Assembly (NCBI GenBank): GCA_002633005.1
Contig: NMRA01000076.1
Location: 746,748 to 810,747, forward strand
Length of the DNA stretch: 64,000 nt
Reading direction: 5' to 3'
Source: Phoronis australis
Taxonomy: Eukaryota > Animalia > Phoronida
Made by a program: the position numbers and the translations under genes. The notes below the pieces were generated by a model. It was not told where the DNA came from. It saw only the letters and a program-made list of their open reading frames with translations, and did no database searches. Shown piece by piece: positions 11,391-24,302 of the stretch (the stretch's first letter is position 1; the number at the start of each line of letters is the position of its first letter).

Positions 11391-13371
11391 GTAATATTTT
11401 ACATATAAAAATTTGCCTTTTTAGTGAAGTTTAGCAAAAAAGAATGGCACATTCATGCCGAAACAACAATTTTAATAACACAACGAAATTGACAAGATAA
11501 AATATCAAAAACACTTTTTTCTAGTAAATTATTTTGTTTTCGTTTTATGCAACTTATGAGCTTGTTTTCCTAAAATCATAGAAGTCATATTTTGATAGTC
11601 CCTTATGGAAAAGGACAACATTTTAGTAGAAAATCGTAACTGTCTGTTGAAGCTATAGTACGTGACTGTTTCGTGTAATTTAAATTGCTCACTTCTGAGT
11701 TATAAAGTTCAAAAATTGTCCAAGTTTGGATATTTTCAAGGGTATATTCTATACAATTTTAAGCCAAAAAACAACAACATAAAGTTTCGTTAAGATCACA
11801 GTATAACCATAGAAGACATAATGTGTGGATTATTTCTGTCACCACTTGATTATATGTGAGGAATAAACCATTCGGTACTAAACTTTGCGGGAAACGGGAT
11901 GTACCAAGGAGCGCTGAGTGTAACTTCACGTATGAATGTTGTTTTTAGTGTACACAGGATCCATCCGTAGTCCAAACAACTCTGCTTGGCATTTTTGTTG
12001 CTGAAATGAAGAATGCGAAATGCTCTCCTGTCTCTGTCCACTGTAAGACCCTCAGTGACTGATCACGATTGGTGATACTCGCCTATGGCCAGATCTAATG
12101 ACCTTACTTTTAAAGTTATTAATGAAAAGTATTATAAAAACATTACTGATTTTAAAATTGTGTGTCCTAAAACTCTGTTTTCTTGTCCGTAGTCGACTGT
12201 AAAATATCGAAATGGCGCCATTATGAGCTGGCGCGTGATATACTTGTCTCTACGAAACGCAGCCTTTGTATATTCTCTACTTAATTTTTTACAAAGTAAA
12301 GGAAGAACCTAGTCGAAAAGGTTCAGATTCACTATACTTGTTTTCTGCGATCATTGACTTTTTCAAACACAAAAGCATTTATAATTTCGACCACATGCTA
12401 ATTACCACACACTTGTAATTCTGGACTTCGAAACTCAGAATGGAGGTTATGATTATATTTTGCAAGTCTCGCTTTCCGAAAACGATATTACTGAAATTCC
12501 ATTAGGAAACTGTGTAAAAATTTCGCAATGAAAGGTAATGCGATCGCGTGCTTTGCTTATGAATGCGTAACAATATCTTACGAAGATGTAATGTTTTCGA
12601 GAGTGTACTGCATCAGACTCTATGGAACGGGCAGTGACTTGGTTGCCTGATCATGTTACAATTTGAACATGTTTGTGGGAGTTACATAACAGACTGTGAC
12701 TATCAGAATGTGATAAGCAAAACAAAAACCGAACAAACTTCTCTTGACAAGTGAGCTGGTCTATTTGACTAAGTTACTATCTTATCTGGGTGCCATAAAA
12801 CTTTCAATGCGATACCCTAGATAACGTCCAACTTTGGTTAAATTTGACATCATATCTCAAAGATTGCTGATGGGATTCCAATGAATTTTTCAGAGGCTGT
12901 ACTTTATGCACTGTCCTCCAAAACATTGTCAGGGATAGTTTTAAAGTATTCCATTTTGGTATGAAAATTGTAACTTTCAGCAATTTTATGTAAAAAGTTA
13001 AAAAATACCTCAAACAAAAACAACACTAGTAAGATCCTGTTACTGATGTTGTTTTACTACGAATAAACATTTCTGTTTGGTAAATTAAAAATCTTATTTT
13101 ACCGGCTTTTTATTTTTATATAACAAATACACGTAGATAAATTATGTAACTTTATAAACCTTTGGATGACTTTTACACAGACTTCTCGATAATGGCCCAT
13201 TTGCTTTTCGGCTAAGAATTTTGATGCAGAACAATCCGACCCGGATATTCTTCATAATATGTCGCACAGATTTAATTGTGCACACGGTTTTAAATTTCAT
13301 TCAAATATATATTCTTGAGCCCTGACATGCTTTAATGTGATTCTGGACAAGTAGATTTTTCTACGTTTCAG

Positions 13372-13518
13372 GATCGCCATGCTACTGGGAAAACAGAGCC
13401 CTCTGTTGACGATTCTCAGGATTATGTTTTGCTTCACAGCTCACAAAATCAAAATATGACCACGTTGAGATTCTCCAGAAAATTAGACACGTGCGATGAT
13501 GACGATATGATTATTACT
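13372..13518 (+). CDS. MOXD1: MOXD1-like exon 2 (DOMON)
   Basis: tttcag|DRHATGKTEPSVDDSQDYVLLHSSQNQNMTTLRFSRKLDTCDDDDMIIT|gtaagt. Confidence 0.93.
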
Positions 13519-14270
13519 GTAAGTATATTTCCGTAAAGTTTAAGATATATTTACACCACATATTAAAGAGTCGGCTCTCAGTATTTTAGTTCCACTGTAA
13601 TAACCGTGTCACGTGACTTCACTATAACTGGGTTATTCCAAGGACTCGAGACACGGTTATTGCACGGCCGTTTCAAGACGTATGTGATATAAAATGAGGC
13701 ACTTGCCCGTCACTAGTTTGATCTGACCTGATATTGTAAAGTCAGTCAAGATGCTTTAACTTGTTGGTCTACGTTCGATAGAACGAATTTCTTGCCAGAA
13801 ATGTGAGAGCACGCAACACCACAAAAATCAAGTGAGTGAAAGGCTAATGTTACTGGAGTGAGCTTATTCGCGTGCACTAACGATATAGTCGTCACGACGA
13901 TGTTGGAATGTTACATTATGGAAGTAGCTGTAGGCTGTTAGTTTAAACACAATTTCCGTTCAATAAGCCAAGATTTCTCGTCCTCAAGTGTCGCGAGAGT
14001 CTTGTTTTTTCGGAACGCACCCCTGATAATATTTTAGATGACATGTCTAAAGTATTAGTCTCAACAGTTACGTGGACATGGTTACTTCGGCTTGAGTTGT
14101 CGCGGTGACAGACTGCGTTTACACGCCACTGGGAACTGAAATGAAGGCAACTAGGCGCGCTTAAAAGTTTCTTGGATTTGACTTGTAGTGGAAAAAGTCC
14201 TATCCTCAATAGAACGATTACAACACACTTAATTCCACATTTAACGGGAGCCTAATTACTTATTTCACAG

Positions 14271-14438
14271 GGTGACACATTCAGGATCATTTGGGCTTAT
14301 GGTGAATCAGACACAGTCTTGTACCATAGCGCGTCTCCATTGCGCAGAGGCGTCAAAAGTGTGATACTTCTCGCGGCATCGAGATCTCTTCCCACCATGC
14401 CTTCAGACGCAATCACGTGGGATTTTGTTGTCAATAAC
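14271..14438 (+). CDS. MOXD1: MOXD1-like exon 3 (DOMON end and linker)
   Basis: tcacag|GDTFRIIWAYGESDTVLYHSASPLRRGVKSVILL...WDFVVNN|gtaagt. Confidence 0.92.
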
Positions 14439-15408
14439 GTAAGTATCGAAAACAGAAGTTGATTTGAAAGGAAATAAATAAATTAATGGCGAAAAGCCCA
14501 GAATTACTTGATCACAGAAAAGAAATGTGTTTTCTTAAAAGGATACTAAGCCTTGTTATGGTGATTTCGAACAATCCTCTTTCTCTCACCTGCTAATGCA
14601 TCATTGGCGTACACTTGGGTGATAAAAGCACGATCCAACTAAAAAGTCATTCACTGTGTCACAGACTTAATCATTCACTGTGTTACAAGACTTGATACCT
14701 TAGTAACGTTCGCGGTGGGTGGTCTTTCCCTACAGTTTTCTGGTAAAGCGTATACCTATATACATTTGGTGAAATCGGCCCTCGACTGAATTGAACATTT
14801 GCAAATTCATTGAATTTTATCCCATATATACGTCATCATCACTTTCGACCCTGTCCTGGTCGTTCCTCAGTTTGTAAACAAATATCATTCCATGCACATT
14901 TTTGTGTTACTCTACGAGCTATGATTGGCCAGTAATTGTGAATGAGGTTTTATTCATTGTGATTAGATCAATCATACATGTAGTACCTAATCAATTACCA
15001 AACTGACCGTTTTGACTCTCTGGGGGAAAAACAGTTCTGTTCTGCTATAGGACAAATTTATTTTAGGCTTTGAATGAATCACTCTTGTTGTTTGATTTTC
15101 CACATGAAAGGCCCAAATGTTATAATCTAATAGTTTTACTAAATATTGCACGACACTCAATCCACCGCAAGCAGGGCAAACCACTCGTGATATAATTATT
15201 TGATTTATTTTCGTCTTCGACCGGCAGAGGCATTTCTCGCGAATGAAGTTGTCTGATCTTAGGGAATGGAGCATGGTCTGGGGTAACACCTGGATGTCTT
15301 GTATCACTTGTACAGTGACATCTTTTTGACCATGTTTGTTTTCAAATTCTTTCAAACTCAAAGGCTTTGTCTGCATTTGTTACGTCCGTTAACAACTTCA
15401 ACTGCTTG

Positions 15409-16066
15409 GGAGGCACAGAACAGTTGTCACTGGGTTTTGCCCAGCAAAAAACACATCAATTGATTTGTAACCTTTTCTTCACTCTGTCAAAAACAGGATG
15501 CAAAGAATGGCATGTTTTCAATTATTTCACATAAAAAGCCCAGCAGATGAGCACAGAAACTTTATTCTTTCTTGTACTTTTGACCATTTCATTCCCACTG
15601 AAAACCAAGCTAGACTAAGAAAAATAAGGGCAAAAATGCAAAATCGGCACTTTTCACCCGAAAAACACCACTTCCCTGCCGATGCACGACTAAAACCAAC
15701 ATTAGAGTCTGAAAGCAAATTTCCTACCGATTCCGAAAATGTGGTCCAAAAGTACTGTCAACCAACTAGTTTTTTGGCAATTCTTGCTTGTTTGAGGGCT
15801 ACCTAAAATCACAGCCAATTTCTTGGTCGCTACCCAACAATGCACAATTGCAGCCGGGGGCCACCATCTTGAAGAAGAGTGCAGCTACAGCCAAGAAAGT
15901 GGCCTTTTTTATTCACAGCATGTTCACAAATACAAACAAACCACATTCACTGAGCCTACGTGCAATGCCCACCTACAAAATGCCCCCAAACTTGGCCTAC
16001 CCCAAGATTTCAATATTTTGGGAGTGCAAATTGGCTGCGGCCACAGCCTAACTATTCAGTGCCACC
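15409..16066. mobile_element. Non-autonomous TIR DNA element, Kolobok-like, copy B (intron 3)
   Basis: GGAGGCACAGAACAGTT ... AACTATTCAGTGCCACC|ttga; collinear with 9068-9689 in the same orientation. Confidence 0.75.
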
Positions 16067-16116
16067 TTGACCAGCTTGCCAGTGTCACGTGGCACTTCCT
16101 CGTGTCTCACTGCTAT

Positions 16117-16136
16117 CATAGATTATATAGTCTATG
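16117..16136. mobile_element. 20-bp fused terminal remnant (putative excision footprint) of the adjacent P-like element
   Basis: ctgctat|CATAGATTATATAGTCTATG|ctgctac: 11 nt of each end of the 16190-21845 element, overlapping at TA, with 6/7 matching direct flanks. Confidence 0.65.
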
Positions 16137-16189
16137 CTGCTACTTATCTCGTATTACACTAAATTAAAAGTCGCACAAATCAATCACAC

Positions 16190-19100
16190 CATAGACTATA
16201 GTACATGGACCGCCAACTCCGTATACTCTCAATGGACGAAATCTGTGCTGTTTCGCACACGCCGTTACGTCATTATTCACTAACGTCACCAAATTATCTG
16301 GTGTAATTCCCGGCAAGTAAGTCGTCTGCTAATCCTGGTCGGTCGCTGTGTGGCAGGGTTTTCGGCCACACTGGCGAAATGCTTCCATAGCGTACGGAGA
16401 ACCCATGACCAGCTGTGTGAGAAAAATCTTATGTCTTGTATAAACGTTAATAACATTTTGATGATGGATGTTTTTTAAAAACTTCTGGTAGGCCTACTAG
16501 TGCTACCACTACTGACTTAATTCTCACAGATATCCATTGTTCTTTACTACTGATTGATGAATGTTACCTGGTAATTTTTTGGCGAAAATTGTCCGCTGAA
16601 TTCTTTCAAAAGATAGTGATGCACGAATTACTCCTGTCTTTACGAGGAACTTCAGTCATAGTCTAGTGGCGAATTAACCAAATTGGTCATCTTCGCTAGC
16701 ACTAATCAGGCGGTTACTATCTCAGCACATTTCGTCGGGATGAAAATATAACCAACTAACCCGAGTTTCAACTTCTTTGCAAACAAAAAACAGAAACAAG
16801 AGAGTGGTGTGAAGGTTGTTTTTATTCTTCAATGTTAATTTTTTGTAAGCGGACAAACGATTTTTAAATTTCCGCAATATGTCCTAACATTTCCAAAATT
16901 AAGCCTTTCAAACAAACGTTTATAACAAAAACAACCACTTTGTAAAGTCCTATACCACCTCTAGGATACATAATGAACCAATCCTACTCCTAATGTAACA
17001 AAAGGGTCCCGTGCGTAAGGGATACTAAGAATTGTCCTGAAATATTATGTGAAGTCTCAAATCAGATCAAGCGGTTTGGAAGTCCAGTTTTACTTTTTAT
17101 GAACTTCAGTTGCACTGCACGCAATTTTTTATGAATTTACCGTAGTTGGCTACAGACTGACCCAACGCAGACAAACGTCCACACAAATTGCACCCTATGC
17201 AGCTCCAGTTTAGTCAGGTATAAATAACGCCACAGACAAAAATTGGTTTTAAGCATGTGACTGCAGCTAACAAGCAAGATCTTCCCATCCAGTGCAGATC
17301 TGTTGTCAAAGCCTACTTTCTATATCGGAGACAACGAACTGAGCCTTTGAAAAAGGAACAGCTGTTTTTAAAGAAAGGTATGTAAGTCGTTTTGTTAATT
17401 TACTTATTCAGGTCCTTATCGGGGGATTGGCGTAGGAGGTTGCGGGAGCGGATCCAGGATTTTGAGTTTGGGTGGGGGGCAAGGTACAGGAATAACCAGA
17501 ATTTCGGCACATGTGCGCGCCCAGCCTAAAATGTAGGGATGCAGGGGTCACGAATTTTTGGGTTTTTGTTGGTGCAACTGAATGTGTGGAAATAACAGGA
17601 AATACATATCTGGGGGAAAGAGAATGGTGAGGTAATTCTTAACCTTTATGAAGTTCCTTAATGTTTATTTCAAGAAACTGTTTTGCTATAAATTGTAAAC
17701 TCTTAAAAATATATTTTCTGAATACTCAGTGGCTGAATAGTCTTAACTCATACCTTGAAATGTTGCGAGTCATTTATAAATTCAAATGACTGCCATCCTT
17801 GTGAAAATTGCATTTTTGATGGTACCTTGCGATTTGTAATTACTCTTAAACAACAGAAAGGTTAACCATCATTTTAATTGACCCAAGTCTTCATATCTTC
17901 TATTACAAGAAAATAAAAAGTCTGAGAAACGGTTCCCTCAGCCTTAGACTAGAAGTATGCTTGACAGACCCACGAATCTGTAATCGGAGTTTAAATTGCT
18001 GAAATTATCAAAAATAAAAAAGCTTGAGAATGGGTAACAAAGGTTTGAAGTTGTCTCAAAAAACTTGCATATTTTGCAGTTAAGTGATGAGTTAAAGAAT
18101 TGTTATGGCTACGAATGAAAAATAAAGACGCAGTTTTATACAATACTTATTGTATGCACCCGTGCTTTCTAAAAATTGTAATTATTTAATTTTGTGTGAA
18201 ATTGTAGAACAGACACCATAATCATATTTTTGAAAAATACGGGTAGCAGTTTTGACCAAACCTAGAGTACTTAATTATTCATATTTCGATATTTGTTCAA
18301 AGGTCAGTGACATTTTAAGGCCATTTCAAGCTGCAACATAGATAAGCTTTGTTACTCCTTTCTCTTCCTACAGCATTTCCACGCACCAGCAGTGTTGCAT
18401 GGCACAATGTACAAGTCAGTGGCACTGAAGAAATGTGAACCGCAGTACTAAGTTACCATAAGACAAAGTGCCAGTGGATTGTTTGTGTGTGTATGAAGAG
18501 GAACTACATCTGACTGCTACAGTAGTCAGCCTCGTTGGTGAGGATGCAATCAGTCATGTGTGGACAATAGCTTATTTCCTTTCCTGGAAGAAACATGAGG
18601 GAATAAAGCTAACGAAGACCTAGTGACACTCTGGTCTAGTTCAGGGTCAGATTTTGGGCACAAAATGAGTCAAGCGATATGCTGTTGTGCGAACCATCAA
18701 GAGTCAAATTGTGGATGTTATTGCAGTTGAATGAGGTTACATGAAGGAAAGCCAAATGCTGAAGCTGGACCTTTTTACAAGCGTTTCTATAGGCCATTTA
18801 AACTAGATCCCAGTGAAATGAAAACCAAAAGCATCTGGTATAAATACCTGTCCTTTCTCACTGAGTGACATTAACTTTTCCTTTCAGAAGAAAAGCTTTA
18901 TACTAATGGTAAAAACTTGGTACACATTATGGGAAAATGACATCGATTGTCTTATTGTCAGTAGAAAGCCAGTTAATGTTACACTTTGATGATCTAATAA
19001 ATTTTTCATCTACAGTCAAGTTTGTCACTAATTATTGATACCACAATATTTCTTCATACAGTGCAGTAGTGCTTATTCTTTATAAAGCTGAAATGATTAC

Positions 19101-21845
19101 CGAATACGCTTGCGAGTTGTCATTTTACTGTTGACCAATAGAAAGGTGCAGCGATCAAAATGAAGTATTCCCTTTGTTTGCATTTGATTTGTGTGTGTAA
19201 TTATTTTTAGAGCTTTCTTAATAAGGCCTTTGAACAATTTTAAGTTCTGTGTTAAATTGTCTATGAACAAAAGTTTCACATGCAAGAAAAGTAGGTTTTC
19301 AATTGTAGCTAGCTGGATAAGAATCTGTTATGCACAAGATTCGAGAATAAACAATTATCAGAGTGTATTTAAAAACAAAATGGCAAACTGAACAACCACA
19401 TGCATATAAAGAAACAATGTTGTAAAAAACAATTGTAATTTTCCCAATGCAACGGTGTCCGTAACCAGGCATATAAAGTACATTTCTGAATTAGGTTCCA
19501 TTCTATCAGGTTATTGCTGAAGGATTGCTGTTCACTTATTCAAAAAGTAAAATAGCCGGTCAGGCGGCTGGTTTCAGTCGTTTTCTCTCACCTGTAACAG
19601 AATAGTAAGAGAAATATTAGAAAATTATAAAAGAAAATACAAGACAAAACTATTTTTGTAAGGCAGAACATACTTGACGTTTCATCTTCATGTTTATATG
19701 TAGAAACTAATAATCTTTGTACCCAAGTCTTATTTAAGAACTGAATTAAAATATATGAAACAGGCTAAAAGTGATTTAACAATGTGTACTTTTCATGACA
19801 CCTAAAATGCGCTTCCGATCTCAAGTAAAATTCATTCTAGGTGTTAATTTTTATTTCAATGCAATGTTATGATTTTTACTGAATAGCTTATTCATGTTAG
19901 TTGGGTAACTAATCTGGTAGTTCTGGGGGTGGGGTCTGCTATAAAATAAGGAAACTCACTCATCTAGAGAGTTTTATTGGACATAGCATAGTTTGTAAGA
20001 GAAACTGCTGTGAAAAAGTCACACTTGACTTCTGAGCGTCACGTACCATATACCCCTTATATTGGGCGCACTCCCACCCAGGAAAATATGTGAATTATGT
20101 ACTGCTAGCCTACCCGGCATCCAAGTACCGGGTGAGTTTCCGGAAAGAAACACTTAGTTCCACAAAATAAACCCGTTATTCAGTAGGGTAACAGGTGGGG
20201 AAAACATCACCGAACGATGTCGATAGAAACTGATTGTTAAAAACTTACCAAGTAACGTTATGTAGTCTCCAAGTGGAAATGAATAGAGCACACAGGGGGA
20301 TTCGGCATCCTCACATTTTTTGTCAGTTGGTTGACCCTTTTGACCACAATTCTCCACGAATGTATTAACTGTAGGTCTTTTGGGAATTTCTGACCACCTG
20401 TCGAAGACTTGCACCATGGAAAAAAGCAAAAATAAGGCTTAACGCGACGACGTATTTTGATACCAATTCCGTCTTTTTACCATCTGCTTACATGCAGACA
20501 GCGACGCATGCGCAATTCGATCACCACTAGTACAGCAGCGGCAGCGCGAGGAGAATTCTCCGAATAGCCCCACTGGGTCTATCGTTTTCCCGCCGCAAGT
20601 GCTTGAATCAATCAGATCACCAATGGCGCAAACCTTTCGAAAACACGCTTGATTTTTAGGGAGTCTGTTACCTCTTCACATTTTCAAAACTTTAATGTGT
20701 TGCGTTTAATTTATTTTCTGTTCAACTCAATGAAGCCACTTAATATAAGTGCATTCAACACGATTAATGCATTGTAAAAAACACAAGTTATGCTCTATCA
20801 ACATTAGACATAATCAGTACACCTCTTTCTTAAAAACTGGGATAAAATTTAGAAACAAAAGACACAATTTTCCATCACTTGCAACGTCGATTTTCGACAT
20901 GGATGTTGGGGAAGAATATCGGTATGGCGACAACAACACAGAATCGTACCGGCGAAGGCGATGATTTTCGAATTTTGATTCGTTTTGATTGTTTTTTTCC
21001 CTACTGTTCAGGATTACTTGTGGATCCAGGAACGAAAACTGAACGAGGCAGGGTTCGCGATAACGTTGGAGAACGGCAACAAAGGTGTTACAACTGTCAT
21101 CGATATAGTCATCTTGTCTGTTTTCATCCAACCTTCCCTGAAGAAAACTTAAATGAAGAGCACCTTCAGTAATTGAGTGAGCACGATATACTGTGCGATT
21201 TATGTTGAATTATTCAACGGTTCTTTTAGAAACCATTTCACTCTATACCTAAGGCTCATACACAGTAAAACCAATGGCCCTTTTAAGGGCCACTTAACAC
21301 TTCCCAGAAGAACTACTCACTTGAGAATGTTGAATTATGAACATACAAAGGTTAAACCAGTGAAATCTTTACAGCGGCGCATTTTTTAATCCGAACAAAT
21401 TAATATTTTTCTAAAACAAAAACGTTATATAAGTATCGTTTGCATTCATAGGTACTTCTTGGAATTTGTGCACAAATATGCTTTCGTAGTTTTCTCAGTA
21501 TGTGAACAATGAATCAGGAACTGTCCAATAACTATGCTGCTAGTATTGTGCAAGCAGACGACATAATCAGTCGGCACCGAAGTTTGAATTTTGTAATTAG
21601 TTACCAGCAGCATTGCCAAAAGTACTCACGATACCAACAGTTCTGCTATTGGAAGACCTTAAACAGCGTTTCAATGCCGAATTTATTATATTTTTCGTTG
21701 TACTGGACAGTAAAGTATATGCGAGAAATTCCCGTCAAAATATACTAACCGAAAACTGCAAAAGATAATTTAAGATAGTGACGCCTCCTCTTGGTTAGCA
21801 CGGAACAAAATGTCGGAGTTGCGAATCTGTTGTCTATAATCTATG
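16190..21845. mobile_element. 5.66 kb TIR DNA transposon, P-element-superfamily-like, decayed or non-autonomous, in intron 3
   Basis: atcacac|CATAGACTATAG...CAACTCCG ... CGGAGTTG...CTATAATCTATG|atcacac: perfect 7-bp TSD, CA..TG termini, ~32-bp imperfect TIR; no long transposase ORF visible. Confidence 0.72.
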
Positions 21846-22417
21846 ATCACACTAAATGTGTTTCACGTTTTTCTATATCACATGATTGAAAATGATTTTC
21901 ATACGTGAACAATTGAGACTTTGGGGAGGAAAACACTGAGACCTGGCTATACGGTTGACCAGCTTTTCCAAAATTGGTTTGTTAGGGTTAACTAACCTAC
22001 CTCACAGCATAAACGGTGTCGCATTTCTTTCATAAAAGGAGCTTCATAGTTACTGTGTGCGTTTGTGCTAAATTAAAAGAAATGGAGTATAAATTAGTGC
22101 CAAAAGTGTTCAGCAATTGCTTAGACTTATCAAAAAACAAAACACTAACTATCCTGCTAATCTCCGTCCGGGAGTCTTGACTGAATGGCGGACGACTTGG
22201 TCGCAGCCCCACTACACAGATTAGTTGCTGAAGGTGCCCGTCATATACGGGATTTGTGGTTCGGCTCTATCCGTTCATGGTGATTGCGGGTGATTAATAG
22301 AATATTGAAATGTTGCATATGCTGCTAGTTACTCGTAAGACGACAGATAAGGCATCTGATGTGCCTCAGTCTATCTTCTTTTCTATACATAAATTCTGCC
22401 TCTTTACGCGGGTTAAG

Positions 22418-22640
22418 CAAGCGCGCACCCGGGGCGGCTCAGGGGACCCGAACGAGCCCCCATTTGGCGAAGTGGGCAAAAAGGTCCGCCTTAGAGAAAC
22501 AAAAACTCCGAAAAGTACAAAACGAGACAAAAGTCCACTAAAAAGGCAAGAACTAGCAAAATTCGGAGAAATAAATGTTAGTAAAGTGTCCACATTCTCA
22601 ATAATTCGAGCCCCCATTTTTTAGGCTGGTTGAACCCATG
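22418..22640. repeat. Degenerate GC-rich MITE-like insert just before exon 4
   Basis: GC-rich ends and internal direct repeat cgagcccccattt at ~22453 and ~22607; TIRs poorly matched. Confidence 0.3.
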
Positions 22641-22711
22641 TTAAGTTAGACGGTGCACATACCGCACCTAAACCTGTAACGTAATATAGCGTTGTTGCCG
22701 TTCTCCTACAG

Positions 22712-22795
22712 GTGTCGGTGCCTTCAACTGACACTACGTACTGGTGCAAAGGTTTTAACGTTCCGGAGCTATCAAAGAAGCACCATGTGATAAAG
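22712..22795 (+). CDS. MOXD1: MOXD1-like exon 4 (start of Cu2 monooxygenase N domain)
   Basis: ctacag|VSVPSTDTTYWCKGFNVPELSKKHHVIK|gtacgt; TTYWC and KHH family motifs. Confidence 0.93.
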
Positions 22796-23614
22796 GTACG
22801 TAAAACGAAATCATATGACAAACTTTGACTTTTTTACACGTAGCGTAGTACGTCATGTGCATAAAGAATTGTGAAAAACAGATGTGTCAAATCGAGGCGA
22901 CTTTTTAAAATGACTCGTCTCAACTGAGCTATGCCGTCGACTTTATGTTGTGTATTAGGGAAAGACAGAAGAAATCCTTAGAAGAGAACTGATCAATTAG
23001 ATAACTTATAGACTGCGTTAACATGAGTTTAGCTGTCAGTCTCCTTTGCCACTTCTTGGATTCATATTCCACAAATCTTCGCTCTGCGATGCGCATGCGT
23101 CAGTGTTTTCGCAGTCCGCAACACACGTCAGTTGAAGATTATTTATCAAGCGCTAGTTTTCTAGAACAAAATTGGTCATGTGGCTGAAGATGCCCGCTAG
23201 GTTTTAATTCTTATACTACAATCAATCTTTCATGATCAAGGATTAATATTAAAAAGGTGTTGTAAGATCAGTCGTTTCTGCGTTTGAAATCTCGACATTA
23301 ATTGCATTGATTCCTCACACAAAATTAAAACCTCCAAGTTGGATTATTAGTTGTAAACAACCATTTAGTGTTGTAAAATCCAATATTAGCAAATAATTCA
23401 AGCTCAAAAAACACAAAAACTGTCACGTTTATAAGGCAATTTAAGCTTGGATCTCAAGATGTTTAAATAATTATTTTCATATTTGACTAGCCAAAAGATC
23501 TTTGTTTGGCCAAAACTGAATAAGTAAAAATTACAAATTTATTTTACAGCAAGGATTTGGCCATGTTTGTGAGTCAGTTGTAATGTCACTGCAAAATAGT
23601 TGTAACATTTTCAG

Positions 23615-23797
23615 TATGAGCCATACATTACTCCCGGGAACGAAGCCGTTGTTCATCACATCGTGGTCAATGCATGTTATGGTGACGTCAACACAACTGG
23701 CGCTCATTTGTACGAGGCTGAAAAATGTGAATACATGCCAAACAACATCGCACCATTATGCTTGTCACCGTTATTTGCTTGGGCAGTTGGTGGTGAG
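23615..23797 (+). CDS. MOXD1: MOXD1-like exon 5 (CuH His-His ligands)
   Basis: tttcag|YEPYITPGNEAVVHHIVVNAC...CLSPLFAWAVGGE|gttagt. Confidence 0.93.
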
Positions 23798-24302
23798 GTT
23801 AGTGAAGACTGCTGAATTTGCAATGAGAACTCGAAATACATTGGTTAGCTCTGGTGAAACAAGGCTCCCATTCATTAAATGCCATACATTCAGACTGTGG
23901 GGAGGATGCAGTGTGGCGTAGTATTGGTGCCTGCTTTCTCTCTTGAGGTCGTAGGTTCGATTACTACTGTGCCACACTCAGGTCTCTAACTCCTCAGCTC
24001 GGTTTTAACTGTATATTAATAAAGCACAAAAAAAGGGTTCCAGGTGATCAGTGCAATGGGCACAACGTGTACCAAACCGCCTGCAATTATTACTTATCGT
24101 AATCTATTTTGCCCGGAATACGTCGACGGACGTTGTAGGCAATAAACAAAAAAACGGGCGAAAGAAACGAGGTGTGAGGCCAAGCATAGGGGCAGATGGG
24201 GGTGGATTAAAGGTCATTTGGAGAAAAAAGATGTCGGGAGGGGAATGAGGACGGGAACCTGTGGCCGGTTGCATGGACTTGGGGCCGGGTAGATGTTGTA
24301 TA

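Noticed and set aside
16405-16443. MTSCVRKILC near the left end of the P-like element as a THAP start
   Set aside because: Cys spacing does not fit, it stops immediately, and no downstream THAP W/C-x-x-H-F motif was seen.
20814-21131. 105-aa minus-strand ORF within the P-like element
   Set aside because: No recognisable domain; length compatible with chance.
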